This document shows, one piece after another, positions 25,176 to 37,460 of a DNA stretch of 64,000 bases (positions within the stretch are counted from its first letter, which is position 1; each line of letters opens with the position of its first letter). The DNA is from Vicugna vicugna. Lineage: Eukaryota. A program made the translations under genes and the position numbers. The notes below the pieces were generated by a model that saw nothing but the letters and a program-made list of their open reading frames with translations, was not told where the DNA came from and did no database searches. Where the stretch lies: positions 1 to 64,000 of the forward strand of contig MU058016.1 of NCBI GenBank assembly GCA_013265495.1, written 5' to 3'.

Positions 25176-25989
25176 TCCCTAAGCTCAGCACTGCTGGCTG
25201 AGAATACAATAATGGACAAGTTATGATTCGATCTTCAAAGTGTCCAATGGCTGGTGAACAAGTAGAGGCAAAAGAATAGATGTAATCCATAAGTGTAAAA
25301 AGGAGTTCTATAAGAACACACAGACTGAGCACTAACAGCCTGAGCATGAACAGTGAGGGCAGGTATGTCTCCACTGGACCACAGAATGAGGAGCCAGGTG
25401 GAGAAGCACCATGGAGAGCTGGGGGTGAAAAGTATCCAGCCAGGAGGAGAGCCAATTACCAGCCAACTGAATTCATTCTAAACATAAGTGGAATGAATCA
25501 TTGGATGATATCACCAATGAGGAGGATTCTACTTTTAATGGTCACTTTTCCAAATAGCCCAAGGCCTCCATTATTCTTAAGCTATGTTCAGTTTTATTAA
25601 GCCTGTTTTTTCCATTCCATTCAATTTTTTTGTATTAAGACTATCAAACCAGAGGAACTTCAATAAAGACTCTCAGATTGATGTTAGTTATTGATTACTG
25701 ACTTGTTTTGGGCACTCTAGATAATTGGGTAGCTGACCATTATATATTTCAGAGCAGTTTTCCCAAGTTCACTAGTAAGAAAATTACTAATTCAAATCCA
25801 AAGCTTCACTTCAAATATATTGCTTTTCTTTCCTCCCCCTTATCTCAGGGGCTATATTTTGTTAGTGAGGAAATTAAACTGTGCAGGAACAGTTTTTTTC
25901 ACAAAGCCCACTTTTAAAATTTCATACTCTGCTAATATCAATAAGATCAGATCCACAGAAATTAATTTAGAAGCATCTAACAAAACATA

Positions 25990-26560
25990 GAAGGTGTATA
26001 ACCTATAAGAGAGCAATCTGACTACTCAGTGTTTACTCTATAGAAATCCCCACACAAGTGAGTACAGTGATGCCTGCACAGGGAGGTTTGGTCCAGTGTA
26101 CATCATGGTAAAAGCAAAAGCTGGATGCAACATAAATGATCACCCATCAGGCAACAGTTAAACAGGGATTCTGTGTAGCAGGTAAAAACAATGAGGTAAA
26201 TCTTTATGGACTCACACTGTAAGATCTACAAGACATGTTAATGAAAACAATCAAGCTGTGGAATATGCGTGGTAAGACACTAATTGTATAGTAGAAACAT
26301 CACACACTCACACCCAGTCATGCATGTATTTATGTAGGGATTTATCTCTGTCTCAATCTAACTGTCTCAATACACACTGTGTGTGTATATATATACACAC
26401 ACACACACATACATACATATATATATAATGCATAGTAATTGGGGTTGAGGAAAGTATTTAAAAGAGACTTTATCTGCCCCCATTCATTTCCTTGATTGCT
26501 ATAAAAATAATTTCTCCATTACTCATACAATTAAAAATAAAACAAAGTTTTTATAATTTT
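25990..26560 (+). mobile_element. Ancient L1ME-type 3' fragment with (TG)(TA)(CA) microsatellite at about 26378-26428
   Basis: agcaatctgactactcagtgtttactctatagaaat...ctggatgcaacataaatg...aatgaggtaaatcttta. Confidence 0.5.
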
Positions 26561-27224
26561 TAAATAAAAAACAAAATATACTTTTGATTTATCATAAATT
26601 AATCTACTGTATTCCATTTTAACAGAAGTTAAAAAAAGTTAACCAGACTGTAATTTTTTGAGATTTCCCCCTTCTTAAAAAAAACAAACTTTTGCATTTT
26701 GCCAACGTATGTGTCCCAGGTTCATGTCCTGATAGAAATTCAGTTTTAGGGGTCTCCAAGCCTGGCTAAGAGCTCAGTGGGAGCAGGACACATTCTCTTC
26801 CTTCACTGAGCACCACAGAATGGGTGTCTAGTGAACATAAAGGACAAAGGAATGAACCAACCAATGAATAAATTACAGCATCAGTAAATATTATACTCCT
26901 ATTTCCCAGCATTGGTCAGGATTGAAAAACTGGCACTTGGCAGAGAGGCATTAAAGAGCATTCAAGAAAAAACTAAAATCTCTTTTTTTCTGGGCAACAC
27001 TACTGTATTCATCTTGTTAATAGTGTTAAGTATTGAGTCTCCAGAAGAAAATTAAGATTTATATAGGAGACTTTTTTTTTCTCTCTCTCTAGCCCTGGAT
27101 ATTAAGTTGTTAATTCTTCTGTCAGGGTTTTGTTTTATTTTATTTTTTAACACAAGCAGTATTTAATTAACATAAAATGTCTTTTTAGCTATAGCTTCTA
27201 AATCCTCATTAACCACTAAGTTAT

Positions 27225-28120
27225 CAAGCCATGAAAAGACATTGAGGAACTTTTAAATGCATGTTAGTAAGTAAAAGAAGCCAATCTGAAAAGGCTACAT
27301 ACTGTATGATTCTAACTATATGATATTCCAGAAAAGGCAAAACTATGGAGACAGTAAGTGACTGCCAGGAGTTGGAAGGGGTGAACATGTGGAGCACAGA
27401 GGATTTCTAGGGCAGCAGAAATACTCTGTGTATTATAATGATGGATACATGTCATTATGCATATGTCCAAACCCACAGAATGTACACAGCCAAGCATGAA
27501 CTCTACCATAAACCATGGACCTTGAGAGATTATGATGTGTCAATGTAGGTTTGTCAAGCTTAACAAATGTACCACTCTGGTCAGGGATGCTGATAATGGA
27601 AGAAGCTATGCACAGGCATGGTAGGGAGTACAGGTATCTCCTGCTTTTTGAAAGTTTGCTTTATACCATTTTGCTTTTCTGAAAGACCTACATTAGTACT
27701 TGTTTTCATTGACTAGAAGAAATCCAAAGAGGATTTTTGCTTTTATGAAAAAAGGTAAAAAGCAAATATAGCACTCAGCCTTTGTTTTCCAGCGAGGTGT
27801 TACAAAGGCAGCTTGCACCCTGAGCAGCAAGAATGGCACTTCCAAGCTCCTTCTCTGGGAACTACTCAGCATCTCAACACCAAGCCATCATAGCTTTGAA
27901 TTTTACCTGTGAGTATCCATGTATTATGTTGATTTATTTTGTGAATCAGTTAAAAAGATGTGTCCTAATGTAATTGCTTCTTTGCTTTAGGACATTTCGG
28001 CTTACAAAGGGTTTCATGGCAACACTCTACTTCCAGATAGTGGGGGAAACCTGTATATGGAAAATCTCTGTACCTTCCACTCAGATTTGCTGTGAACCTC
28101 AAACTGTTCTTTAAAAAAAG
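27225..28120 (+). mobile_element. L1MC-like 3' end split by a Tigger MITE
   Basis: aagccatgaaaagac...aagaagccaatctgaaaaggctacatactgtatgatt. Resumes after 28053 with tatatggaaaatctctgtaccttccactcagatttgctgtgaacct. Confidence 0.88.
27631..28053. mobile_element. Tigger-type MITE (about 420 bp) with TA target-site duplication
   Basis: TA|CAGGTATCTCCTGCTTTTTGAAAGT ... ACTTCCAGATAGTGGGGGAAACCTG|TA: imperfect 25-bp TIRs and TA flanks, cleanly interrupting an L1 3' UTR. Confidence 0.88.
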
Positions 28121-28735
28121 GGACAAAATGGAATAAAATGAAAATGAAGTGTTCCTCCTTACCATCTACTCCAATTTCAATTTCCAGAAACTGTGAATAG
28201 GAAGTTTCTTAATTATTGTTATTTTTTCCCTAACTTTTCTGATAGTTAGTCGAAGATTGCTATTTTGTGTTCTAGCATCTGGAATCAGGATAAAAAATTT
28301 GCTTCATATTTCTAACATTGCTTTGTAGGTAAACCATTTATTTTCACATTTTCTTTTATCCTTGGAGGAATGGGATTTCTCTTAGAAAGTATTCAAGTTA
28401 TTTTCTCCTAGGGTTTTTTTTTTCCCATTTTTCTTACTTGATTTACAGACTGAACTCTTTCAAAATTAAGAATTCACCTTTCTTAAGCCTGAATAAATTT
28501 TCTTCTACTATTTCTTTGATTATTCCCTCTGCTTCACTGCCCCTTTTCTCAGCTTTGGAAATCCTGGGCTAATAATGTTCAGTTAGCACCAATTCTGACT
28601 GGATAGCTTCCATTTGAGCAGTCTATGCCTATGCTATCACTGGTTAAACATCTTGAATGGTACCTCCAATTAGATTTATCCCTTGGGTCCTTAAAGACTT
28701 TCGCTCTCATGTTTTGCATTTCTGTGCAATGTTTC

Positions 28736-29186
28736 TATAATGGATTGAATTGTGGCCCCCAAAAGGTATGTCCATCTCAAATCTCAGAATATAACCTTAT
28801 TTGGCAAAAGCATCTCTGAAGATGTAAATTAAAGTAAGGATCTCTAAATGAGACCAAATGGATTTAGGGTGAGCCCTAAATTCAATGACAAGTCCTTAGA
28901 AGAGGAGAGAAACAGACACACCGGCACACGGGGAAGGCCATATGAAGATGGAGACAGAGATTGGAATGATGGATCTACAAGCCAGGAAACACCACACATT
29001 GCCAGCAGCCACTAGAAGCTAGGAGAGAATATAGAACAGATTGTCCCTCAGAGCCTCCAGAGGGAACCAACATTGCTGATACTTTGATTTCATCTTTCTG
29101 GCCTCCAGAACTCTGAGAATATAAATTCTGTTGTTTTAGCACCAAGTTGTGGTAATTTGATAAGGCAGTCCTGGGAAATTAATACA
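28736..29186 (+). mobile_element. MLT1C-like MaLR solo LTR with a 5-bp TSD
   Basis: atggattgaattgtggcccccaaaa...gaaggccatatgaagatggagacagagattgg...ggcctccagaactctgaga...aattaataca. TSD GTTTC at 28731-28735 and 29187-29191. Confidence 0.92.
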
Positions 29187-30551
29187 GTTTCCTTCACTTC
29201 ATTTTTCAGATTTTTACTTTATTTTCAACCACAAGCATCCTGTGATTTAGCCAAATCAAATTTTATTGCAGTTTGTTACTAGATATTTAACTTCCCATAT
29301 TATTTTCTTAATTTTGATAGCTCATTCTATCATATTATTTTTGTCTTAATTTATGGATGTAAAACATTTGAGTCTTCTGAAGAAATTAATTTTAAAACTT
29401 TAATTTCTATTTTCTTCCCTAAATGATTTTTTTTTTTGGTCTGGAATCATCATTGTTGGTTCATCTTTGTCCACTTTGCTGGGTTTCCTCAAGTATCTGG
29501 TAATATTTTGCATCCATTTATGTTTATGAATCACAGACTATACTTGTTAGTATAAATAACAGGCTTAAATGTCTTCTATGGCTGTATGAGTCTGTTTTCC
29601 CAGCTTGCCTCCCCTTTATGCATGTGCGTGCATGTCCAACACACGTGTGCGTATGTCCAACTAGTGTGTGTATGTATGTTGGGGCAAAGGGAAGCTGACA
29701 CATGTACTGAGGCTGCCATCTTGAAATAGAAGTCTGTATCAACTAATTCATATTATATTATTTTAATTCCTCTAACAAATTTCTGTAGATTAGGGATATC
29801 TGTTGTTACTGACATCTCCTATACAAATTATTATAAATGAACATTTTAAAATTAGTTGCATCAGTTAATTGGTGAGTTAGTAAGTAAACGAGTGAATGAA
29901 AGAAAGCCAGCAAAACAAAGTTAAAAGCTAACCTGCTCAAATGAAAGATAATCTCAGTGCTTTCAGCCTTTGAAAAGTGGCAGAAGTGAATTGTGACTTA
30001 ATATACTTGTAAGTAAAAATCATTAGTCTTCAGCTCTCAACTAATATGCCATTCTAATGAAAAATTCATTTCATTGGATGAGATAACGCACAATCTCTTT
30101 TCTACTACAGGATATTCAATATTAATCATATTAGATCTTTTATGTTCAGGGCATATTTTCATTAGATTTTTGCAGTTGCATCAATTACTAACTATGCAGA
30201 CAGATGTGCATCAATTTGTACTTTGAAAATGTATTCCTACTTATGCAAATTCACTTTCTGAGTTTTGTGCTCAAAAATCAATACCAAAACAGGTTATATG
30301 GAAAGATCTGTGGGGATTATGATCTTAGTGCCTTGAATTCAAGACTGAATATTTTCCAAATTGAAAAAGCCTGCCTAATAGTGACTCAAAGTCAGTTTCT
30401 TCCATTCTCTTATGACTTACATCCCTACAGGCCAAAAGTGGAAAAAGGGAAAGGATCAGCTTTGTTGAGTGGAGGCATTTAAGCTGGTCTTAGAGAATAT
30501 GAGAATATTCACCAGGTAGAAGAAAATAGAAGGGGCATTCCAGGCAGAGGA

Positions 30552-33500
30552 AGAAAAGAAACCCTCAACCAACTAGGCTTAAAAGGGAACATTTTCACCA
30601 TGATAAAGGGTATCTATGAAAAACCCATAGCCAGCATCATACTTAATGGTGAAATACTGAATACTTTCATCTAAGATTAGGAACAAGCAAGGATGTCTTC
30701 TTCACTTCTATTCAATATTGCACTGGAGAGCCTTTCCAGAATAATTAACAAGAAAATAAAAAGCATCCAGATTGGAAAGGAAGAAGTAAAACTACCTCAA
30801 TGTGCAAATGACATGATCTTAAATATAGAATTTCTAAGAAACTCACCACAAACTATTAACTAGTAAGTTTGGCAAGCTTCCAGCATACAAAATTAATACA
30901 ATAAAAATCAATTGCAAATACAGTAGCAATGAGCAAGCTGAAAATAAAATTAATAAAACAATTCCATTTACAAGATCATCAAAAAGAATAAAACACTTAG
31001 GAATAAAATTTACAAAATAAGTACAAAATCATAACCTGAAAACTATAAAACACTGTCAAAAGAAATTAAGAAGACCTAAATAAATAGAAAGATATCCCAT
31101 ATTCATGCATCAGAAGATTTAATATTGTTAACATGGCAATATCCCCCATTGATCTATAGATTCCATACCATTTCTATTGGAATCCCAGTTAGTTTCTTTC
31201 CAAAAATTGACAGATTAATCCTAAAATTCATACGGAAATTCTAATAAGAATACCGAAAACAATTTTGAAAAAAAAGAAACTTGAAGTACTTGCACTTCAT
31301 AATTTCAAAATTTTTCTACAAAGATACAGTAATCTCTATCACAAAAGATAGTGTGATACTATTACAAAGACAAAAATAAAGAAAAATGGAATATAGTTGA
31401 GTCTAGAGGTAATCCCTCACATTTATGGTCAGTTAATTTTTAACAAGGGTACCAAAGGAAGTTGATGAGAAAATATGGTCTATTCAATAAATGGAGCTGG
31501 TACACCTAGATATGCATATACAAAACAATGAAATTGTACCCCTATCTCACATCATATACAACAAATAACTCAAAGTGGATCAAATACCTAAATTTAAGAA
31601 TCAAAACCATAAAACTCTTAGAAGAAAACATAGGTGTAAATCTTTGTGACCTCAGATCAGGAATGGTTTCCTAGATAGAATATTAAACACACAAGCAACG
31701 AAAGAAAAAATAATTGTACTTCATCAAACTCAAAATCTTTTGTTTCAAAAGATACTATCAAGAAAGTGAAAAAATAACTCACAGAATAGGAAATAATACT
31801 TAAAAATCATATGTTTGATATGGAACTTGTGTCTAGAATAAACAAAAAGAATTTTACAGCTCAATAATAAAAACTAAATAATAGTGTCTTGTCCTATGTT
31901 TAAGTCTTTAAGCCATTTAGAGTTTACTTTTGTGTATGATGTGAGGGAGTATTCTAACTTCATTGATTTACATGCAGCTGTCCAGTTTCCCCAGCAACAT
32001 TTGCTGAAGAGACTGTCTTTACTCATCTTTATGTTCTTGCCTCCTTTGTCAAAAATTAATTGACCAAAGGTCTAGGTTTATTTCTGGGCTCTCTATTCTG
32101 TTCCATTGATCTACATGTCTGTTTTTGTACCAATACCATGCTGTTTTGATTACTGCAGCTCTGTAGTATTGTCTAAAGTCTGGAAGGGTTATTCCTACAG
32201 CTTCATTTTTTTCCTCCAATATTGCTTTGGCAATTCTGGGTCTTTTGTGATTCCATATATATTTTAGGATTATTTGTTCTAGTTCTGTGAAAAATGTCCT
32301 TGGTAATTTGATAGGGATCACATTAAATCTGTAGATTGCTTTGGGTAATATGGCCATTTTAACAATATTAATTCTTTCAATCCAAGAACATGGGATATCT
32401 TTCCATTTCTTTAAGTCACTTTTAATTTCCTTAGTCAATGTTTTGTAGTTTTCCACATATAAGTCTTTCACTTACACATAAGACAAGACACTATAAACCT
32501 CTTAGAAGAAAACACAGGCAAAATATTATCTGACATAAATCTTAGCAATGTTCTCCTAGGGCAGTCTACCCAGGGAATAGAAATAAAAACAAAAATAAAC
32601 AAATGAAACCTAATTCAACTTATAAGCTTTTACAAAGCAAAGGAAACCATAAGCAAAACAAAAAGACAACCTACAGAATGGGAGAAAATATTTGCATAAG
32701 ATGAGATTGACAAGGGCTTAATTTCCAGAATATATAAACAGCTCATACAACTTAATAACATAAAAACAAACAACCTAATCCAAAAGTGGGCAGAAGACCT
32801 TAACAAGCAATTTGCCAATGAGGACATAACAAATGGCCAGTACTACTCTGCCATAAAAAAGAATAAAGTAATGCCATTTGCAGCATCATGAATGGACCTA
32901 GAGATTGTCATTCTAAGTGAACTAAGCCAGAAAGAGAAAGAAAAATACCATATGATATCACTTATATGTGGAATCTAAAAAAAAGACAAATGAACTTATT
33001 TACAAAACAGTAACAGACTCACAGACATAGAAAAAAAACCTTATGGTTACCAGAGAGGGAAGGGGGTGGGAAGGGATAAATTGGGAGTTGAAGATTTGCA
33101 GATACTAAGTACTATATATTAAATGAACAAGTTTATACTGTATGGCACAGGGAACTATATTCACTATCTTGTAGTAATCAATAATGAAAAAAATTTTGAA
33201 AATGAATATATGTATGTATATGTATGACTGAAATATTATGCTGTACACCAGAAAGTGACCCAACATTGTAAACTGACTGTACTTCAATTTTTAAAAAACT
33301 AAATAATAAAAAGACAAATGAGCCAATTAAAAATAGGTAAAAGATCTGAATAGATATTTTTCTAAAGAAGATATACAAATGACCAATAAGCACATGAAAA
33401 GATGCTCAATATCATTACTCATCAGGGAAATGCAAATCAAAATCTCAATGAGATGCTGTTTCACCCCGACTAAGATGGCTACAATTAAGAAGACATATAG

Positions 33501-34155
33501 TAACAAGTGTTAGCAATGATGTAGAGAAATTGAAATTCTCATATACTACCAGTGAGAATGCAACATAGTGCTTCCACTTTGGGAAATAGTCTGGGAATCC
33601 CTTGAAAGTTTAAGCATACAGTTACCATATGACCCAGCAATTCCACTTCCAATTATATACAAGAGAAATGAAAATATAAGTGCAAATGAACACAAATGGT
33701 TTAGGAACATAATTCATAGCAGCTAATGCCCATTAATTAATGAATAAATAAAATGTGGTATAGTCATACAATGGAGTATTACTGGGTAATAAAAATAAAT
33801 GAAGTTCTGATACATTATAAAACATGGATGAACCTTGAAAATGTCAGATTTAGTGAAAGAAGCAAGACACAAGAGACTACACATTGTATAATTCCATTTA
33901 TATGAAATGTTCAGAACAGAAAAGTTTTACTGACAGAATGTAGATTAATGGTTGCCTAGGACTCAGGAAGTTGGAAGAAAATAGTAAGTGAGTGGTAATG
34001 GGTTTGGGATTTCTTTTGGAGGTGATAATGTTCCCAAGTTGATTGTGATAATAACTGGGCAACTTCATGAGTATAATAAAGCCATTGATTTATACACTTA
34101 AAATGGGTGTATTTTATAGTATATGAATTATATCTCAATGAAGCTGTTATAAGAA
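30552..34155 (+). mobile_element. Old L1 (L1MB-like) ORF2 and 3' UTR, interrupted at 31884-33293
   Basis: aaaacccatagccagcatcatacttaatggtgaaa; cagattggaaaggaagaagtaaaact; resumes at 33309; ends tgaattatatctcaatgaagctgtt. Confidence 0.92.
31884..33293. mobile_element. Younger L1 insertion with 5' inversion (twin priming): minus segment 31884-32472, plus segment about 32476-33293
   Basis: Minus ORF 32049-32471 is L1 ORF2 ([11 protein letters not shown]...WKDIPCSW...[19 protein letters not shown]). The plus part carries the downstream ORF2 and 3' UTR. TSD AAAAACTAAATAATA at 31869-31883 and 33294-33308. Confidence 0.95.
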
Positions 34156-34419
34156 AAGAGATTTTTAAATATCCATGACCAATCAGAATCATAGAATTAC
34201 ACAGATAAGAGGACATTTATATGCTTCATTTTATAGATTATTTTTGAGAAGACATTTGGAGAGATTTGCATTAGGTCACAGAATCTAAAGAGTAACTACA
34301 CTTACAATTTAATTATTTCATTTATTAAATATTGATAAATATGCAATTTTCAGACATTTGTTAATCACTATTACTTTTGCCATAACTCATGAACATCACT
34401 GCCTTACAAGGATATCCAA

Positions 34420-35080
34420 CTAATTCTTCTGAGTTAACATGACCAAAATGGAAATTTTATTTTCCCAATTCCCTTTCATTATTCCACCTTCAGCTAACAG
34501 CATCTTCCTAGTGTGTAAGTCAAAATACTATCAGGAAAAATTTTGACTCTTGTCTATTTCTCTTTTCTCCTTCCCAGGTCAATCAGTCATCAAATTCCAG
34601 CTGTATTGCTCAGAAATCCATTCTCACCATGATGTTCCCAATGCAGTTCGTTGTCTCTCAACCATCAATAGCCTGGCAAGAAATATCTCTGTGAGCTTGG
34701 CCCCTTCTTCCCTCTCTGTCTGTCACCTTTATCCTTCTACTGTCATCAGCCACTGTTCTTAAAGATTATTCCTCTCCTCAAAAGCCTTCAGAGAATCCCC
34801 ATAATTAACAGAACGAAGTCCAGATTCCTCAGCACAGCCTTCAACCACTTCCATGGTTGGGCCTCAATGTACCCCCCTTTGAGGTTCCCCCTAAGAATGG
34901 ATTATTTGACATTTCCAAACATATGTAAGACTTACCAATGGCTACACCTTAACTCATGTTAGGAGACCTCACCACAAAACTACATCTGGAATACTCCTAC
35001 CGTGTCCTAATTATCTTTCAAAGTCCTGTTTAAACATTACTCCCTCTAGGAAGCTCCTTTTAATATCACCTCTACTCCAA
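34420..35080 (+). mobile_element. L2 LINE fragment
   Basis: caatcagtcatcaaattcc; cctctcctcaaaagccttcagagaatcccca...aagtccagattcctcagcacagccttcaa; ccctctaggaagctcctt. Confidence 0.7.
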
Positions 35081-37014
35081 AACCTCAAACTTTTTGCTAC
35101 ATTTTTAATAAATCTATTTCATTTTACCTCTTTTATCCATTATACCCACACTTACACATATTACAATCAACAAATACAGGTATTTTCCCCATTAAATTAC
35201 AATCTCTCATTTTTTTATTGCACACACCTCCTAGTATATAAATGCTGCACAAATATTTACCTAATTGTGGCATCACCAAGTAAAAAGTATTTAAATTTAA
35301 AAATAAAAAGTGTAATACTGACAGGTAGCATATAATATTATACAATACTAAATTGACTTTCGGCCAAAAAAAAGTGTACTTTTCACCTTTCCTGCCAGAT
35401 ACAATGCCCAGTGTTATAAAAAAAAATTATAAGGAAATAAACACATTTAAATAGAAATTCTTAAGGTTAAATTATAGTTAATAAAACAATTAAGCTTTTC
35501 CTTTCTTTTTATTATAGCACACACATAAAGATGTAGCCATCTTTGTTCTATGTTTAGATCCTCATATTATTAGAATGAACTCTATAAAGCAGTACACAAG
35601 GGTAAGGGAGTAGGTTGAGGGTGAAGGAAACCCAGTATGATGCTGTTTTTATTTAAAATTCCTAGCTGTGACCTTCAGCTACAATCAGTAGGATGACAAA
35701 GAAGCCTGACTCCCTCTGTTCAATTTTCCTCAGTGATTTGCAACTCCTGACTTGTGTGCTGAGGGCTATTTTCTAGATCTGCTACAGACCCTATAAATGT
35801 GAATTTAAATTTTTTTATTTTTGTCACTTTGTTACTGGAAAAAACTAAGGATTTTTTAAAAGAATAAAATGAGGTCAGAGAAAAAAAATAGTTGCAGTAA
35901 GTCAACTTCTCCCTTTGCCAAAAGAGCACAAGAAAATATCTTAGTAGTAGATGAAAATGAGAGACCATAGTATATCAAACTGGAACATCCTGTCCTGTAA
36001 ATGCTTGACTCTCAAAGGTTAATAAATTCAGTGTAGACTAGTTTGAAGAGGGGAAGGACTAATGGCCAATAGTTTGAGGCCATTTAGAGAATCAAAACCC
36101 TCTGCTGTATTAATTATATTAGAAAGTATTACCATAAAAAATGGAAAAAACTCTTCAAGTGTGTTAATTTTCTCACCAAGAAATACAAATCTATGAATTT
36201 CTGAGATATTACTGGCATTAATTCCATTTACTTTAAATCGATGATCATTTGAATTATTTATACTAATAATTCACCACCAGAGAAAAACTCTTCAATGAAG
36301 AAATTCACTTTAGATTATCTATTGCAAATTTCACAGCAGAGTTTTCTTTGAATTACATGGAGTTAATTGGTTTAGGGTTACCTTTATTTTTAGAGTTTTT
36401 TAGCAGAGAAATAATGTTATTTATCATTTTGTCTACTTCCCAAATAACATATGATCTATAAAACAACAAATGACATTGCTATATAATAACTTTCTGTTTG
36501 TATAATAATTTGTAAACCTTCACATGGAAAACTAACCTCATTTTCCTACTAAAAAGAAATCTAAACATACCTAAACTTATCCTTCATAAATTTCTCTCAA
36601 TGCAACATAAATAACTAGAATATCTGTTCTGTAATGGAAAGAGATTTTCTTGAGTGCATAATTAATTCTCTCAACAAAGTCTCAGAACACTCAGTAAAAC
36701 TAAAGTACCATCATCTCTAAGAGAAATGACTGATAATTATATAGACTAAAGGTGAAAGCTGATCTCTCCCAGGAGAATATAACTGTCCCCTTTTACCCCT
36801 TCTTTCCTTCTGCTTGGAGTTCCTACCCCATTTCTTCTCCAAATTGTAGTTAAACTTCAGATTTCATCTTTAAGTCTCACCTCCTCCATGAGACCCTCCC
36901 GGATCAAACCAATTAACTGCTATCTTATTTCTCTTCTGTTAAATATAGTGTAAATGGACATACAGAAGTACAATTAGATCTGAGAATTATTTGAGGTAAC
37001 ACTAATGGGGGATT

Positions 37015-37460
37015 TTTGTGACAAACTAATTTCCTACACTTTTCGTCACCCTTCCTAAGAGAATGTCAATTTGGAAAGTAGACGATTGTAATGTTCTCAT
37101 ATAGAAAACAATAACCAGCTTCTCTGGCCAAGAGAGGATGCTATGAAATACATGTCTGGCCAATGAGATATAAGTAGATTGGGCAGCTCCTCAAAAAGGG
37201 AGTAAACCTATGCTGACCTAGTTTCTGTCCTCCCTTTTTTCTGCCTAGAATATGGATGTGACATTGGAAATGAAGCAGCTATCTTGTAACCGTAAGACCA
37301 CAAAGAAAAGGACAAAAGATTCAGGACATAGACTCTGAAGCCCTTGAGCCAGAAACTATCTGCCTTTCAACTTAAACTTTTTAAACGTTTAAGACACTGT
37401 TTTATTTTGGGGGCGGGGTGGGGCAGTTTCTGTTATGTCAAGAAAACAATTCCTAACTGC
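37015..37460 (+). mobile_element. Old MLT1 (I/J-like) LTR
   Basis: tctggccaatgagatataagtag; gcctagaatatggatgtga...gcagctatcttg; ttaagacactg...tttctgtta...aacaattcctaactg. Confidence 0.7.

Noticed and set aside
32049..32471. 140-aa minus-strand ORF as a gene
   Set aside because: It is an L1 ORF2 fragment in the inverted arm of a twin-primed insertion.
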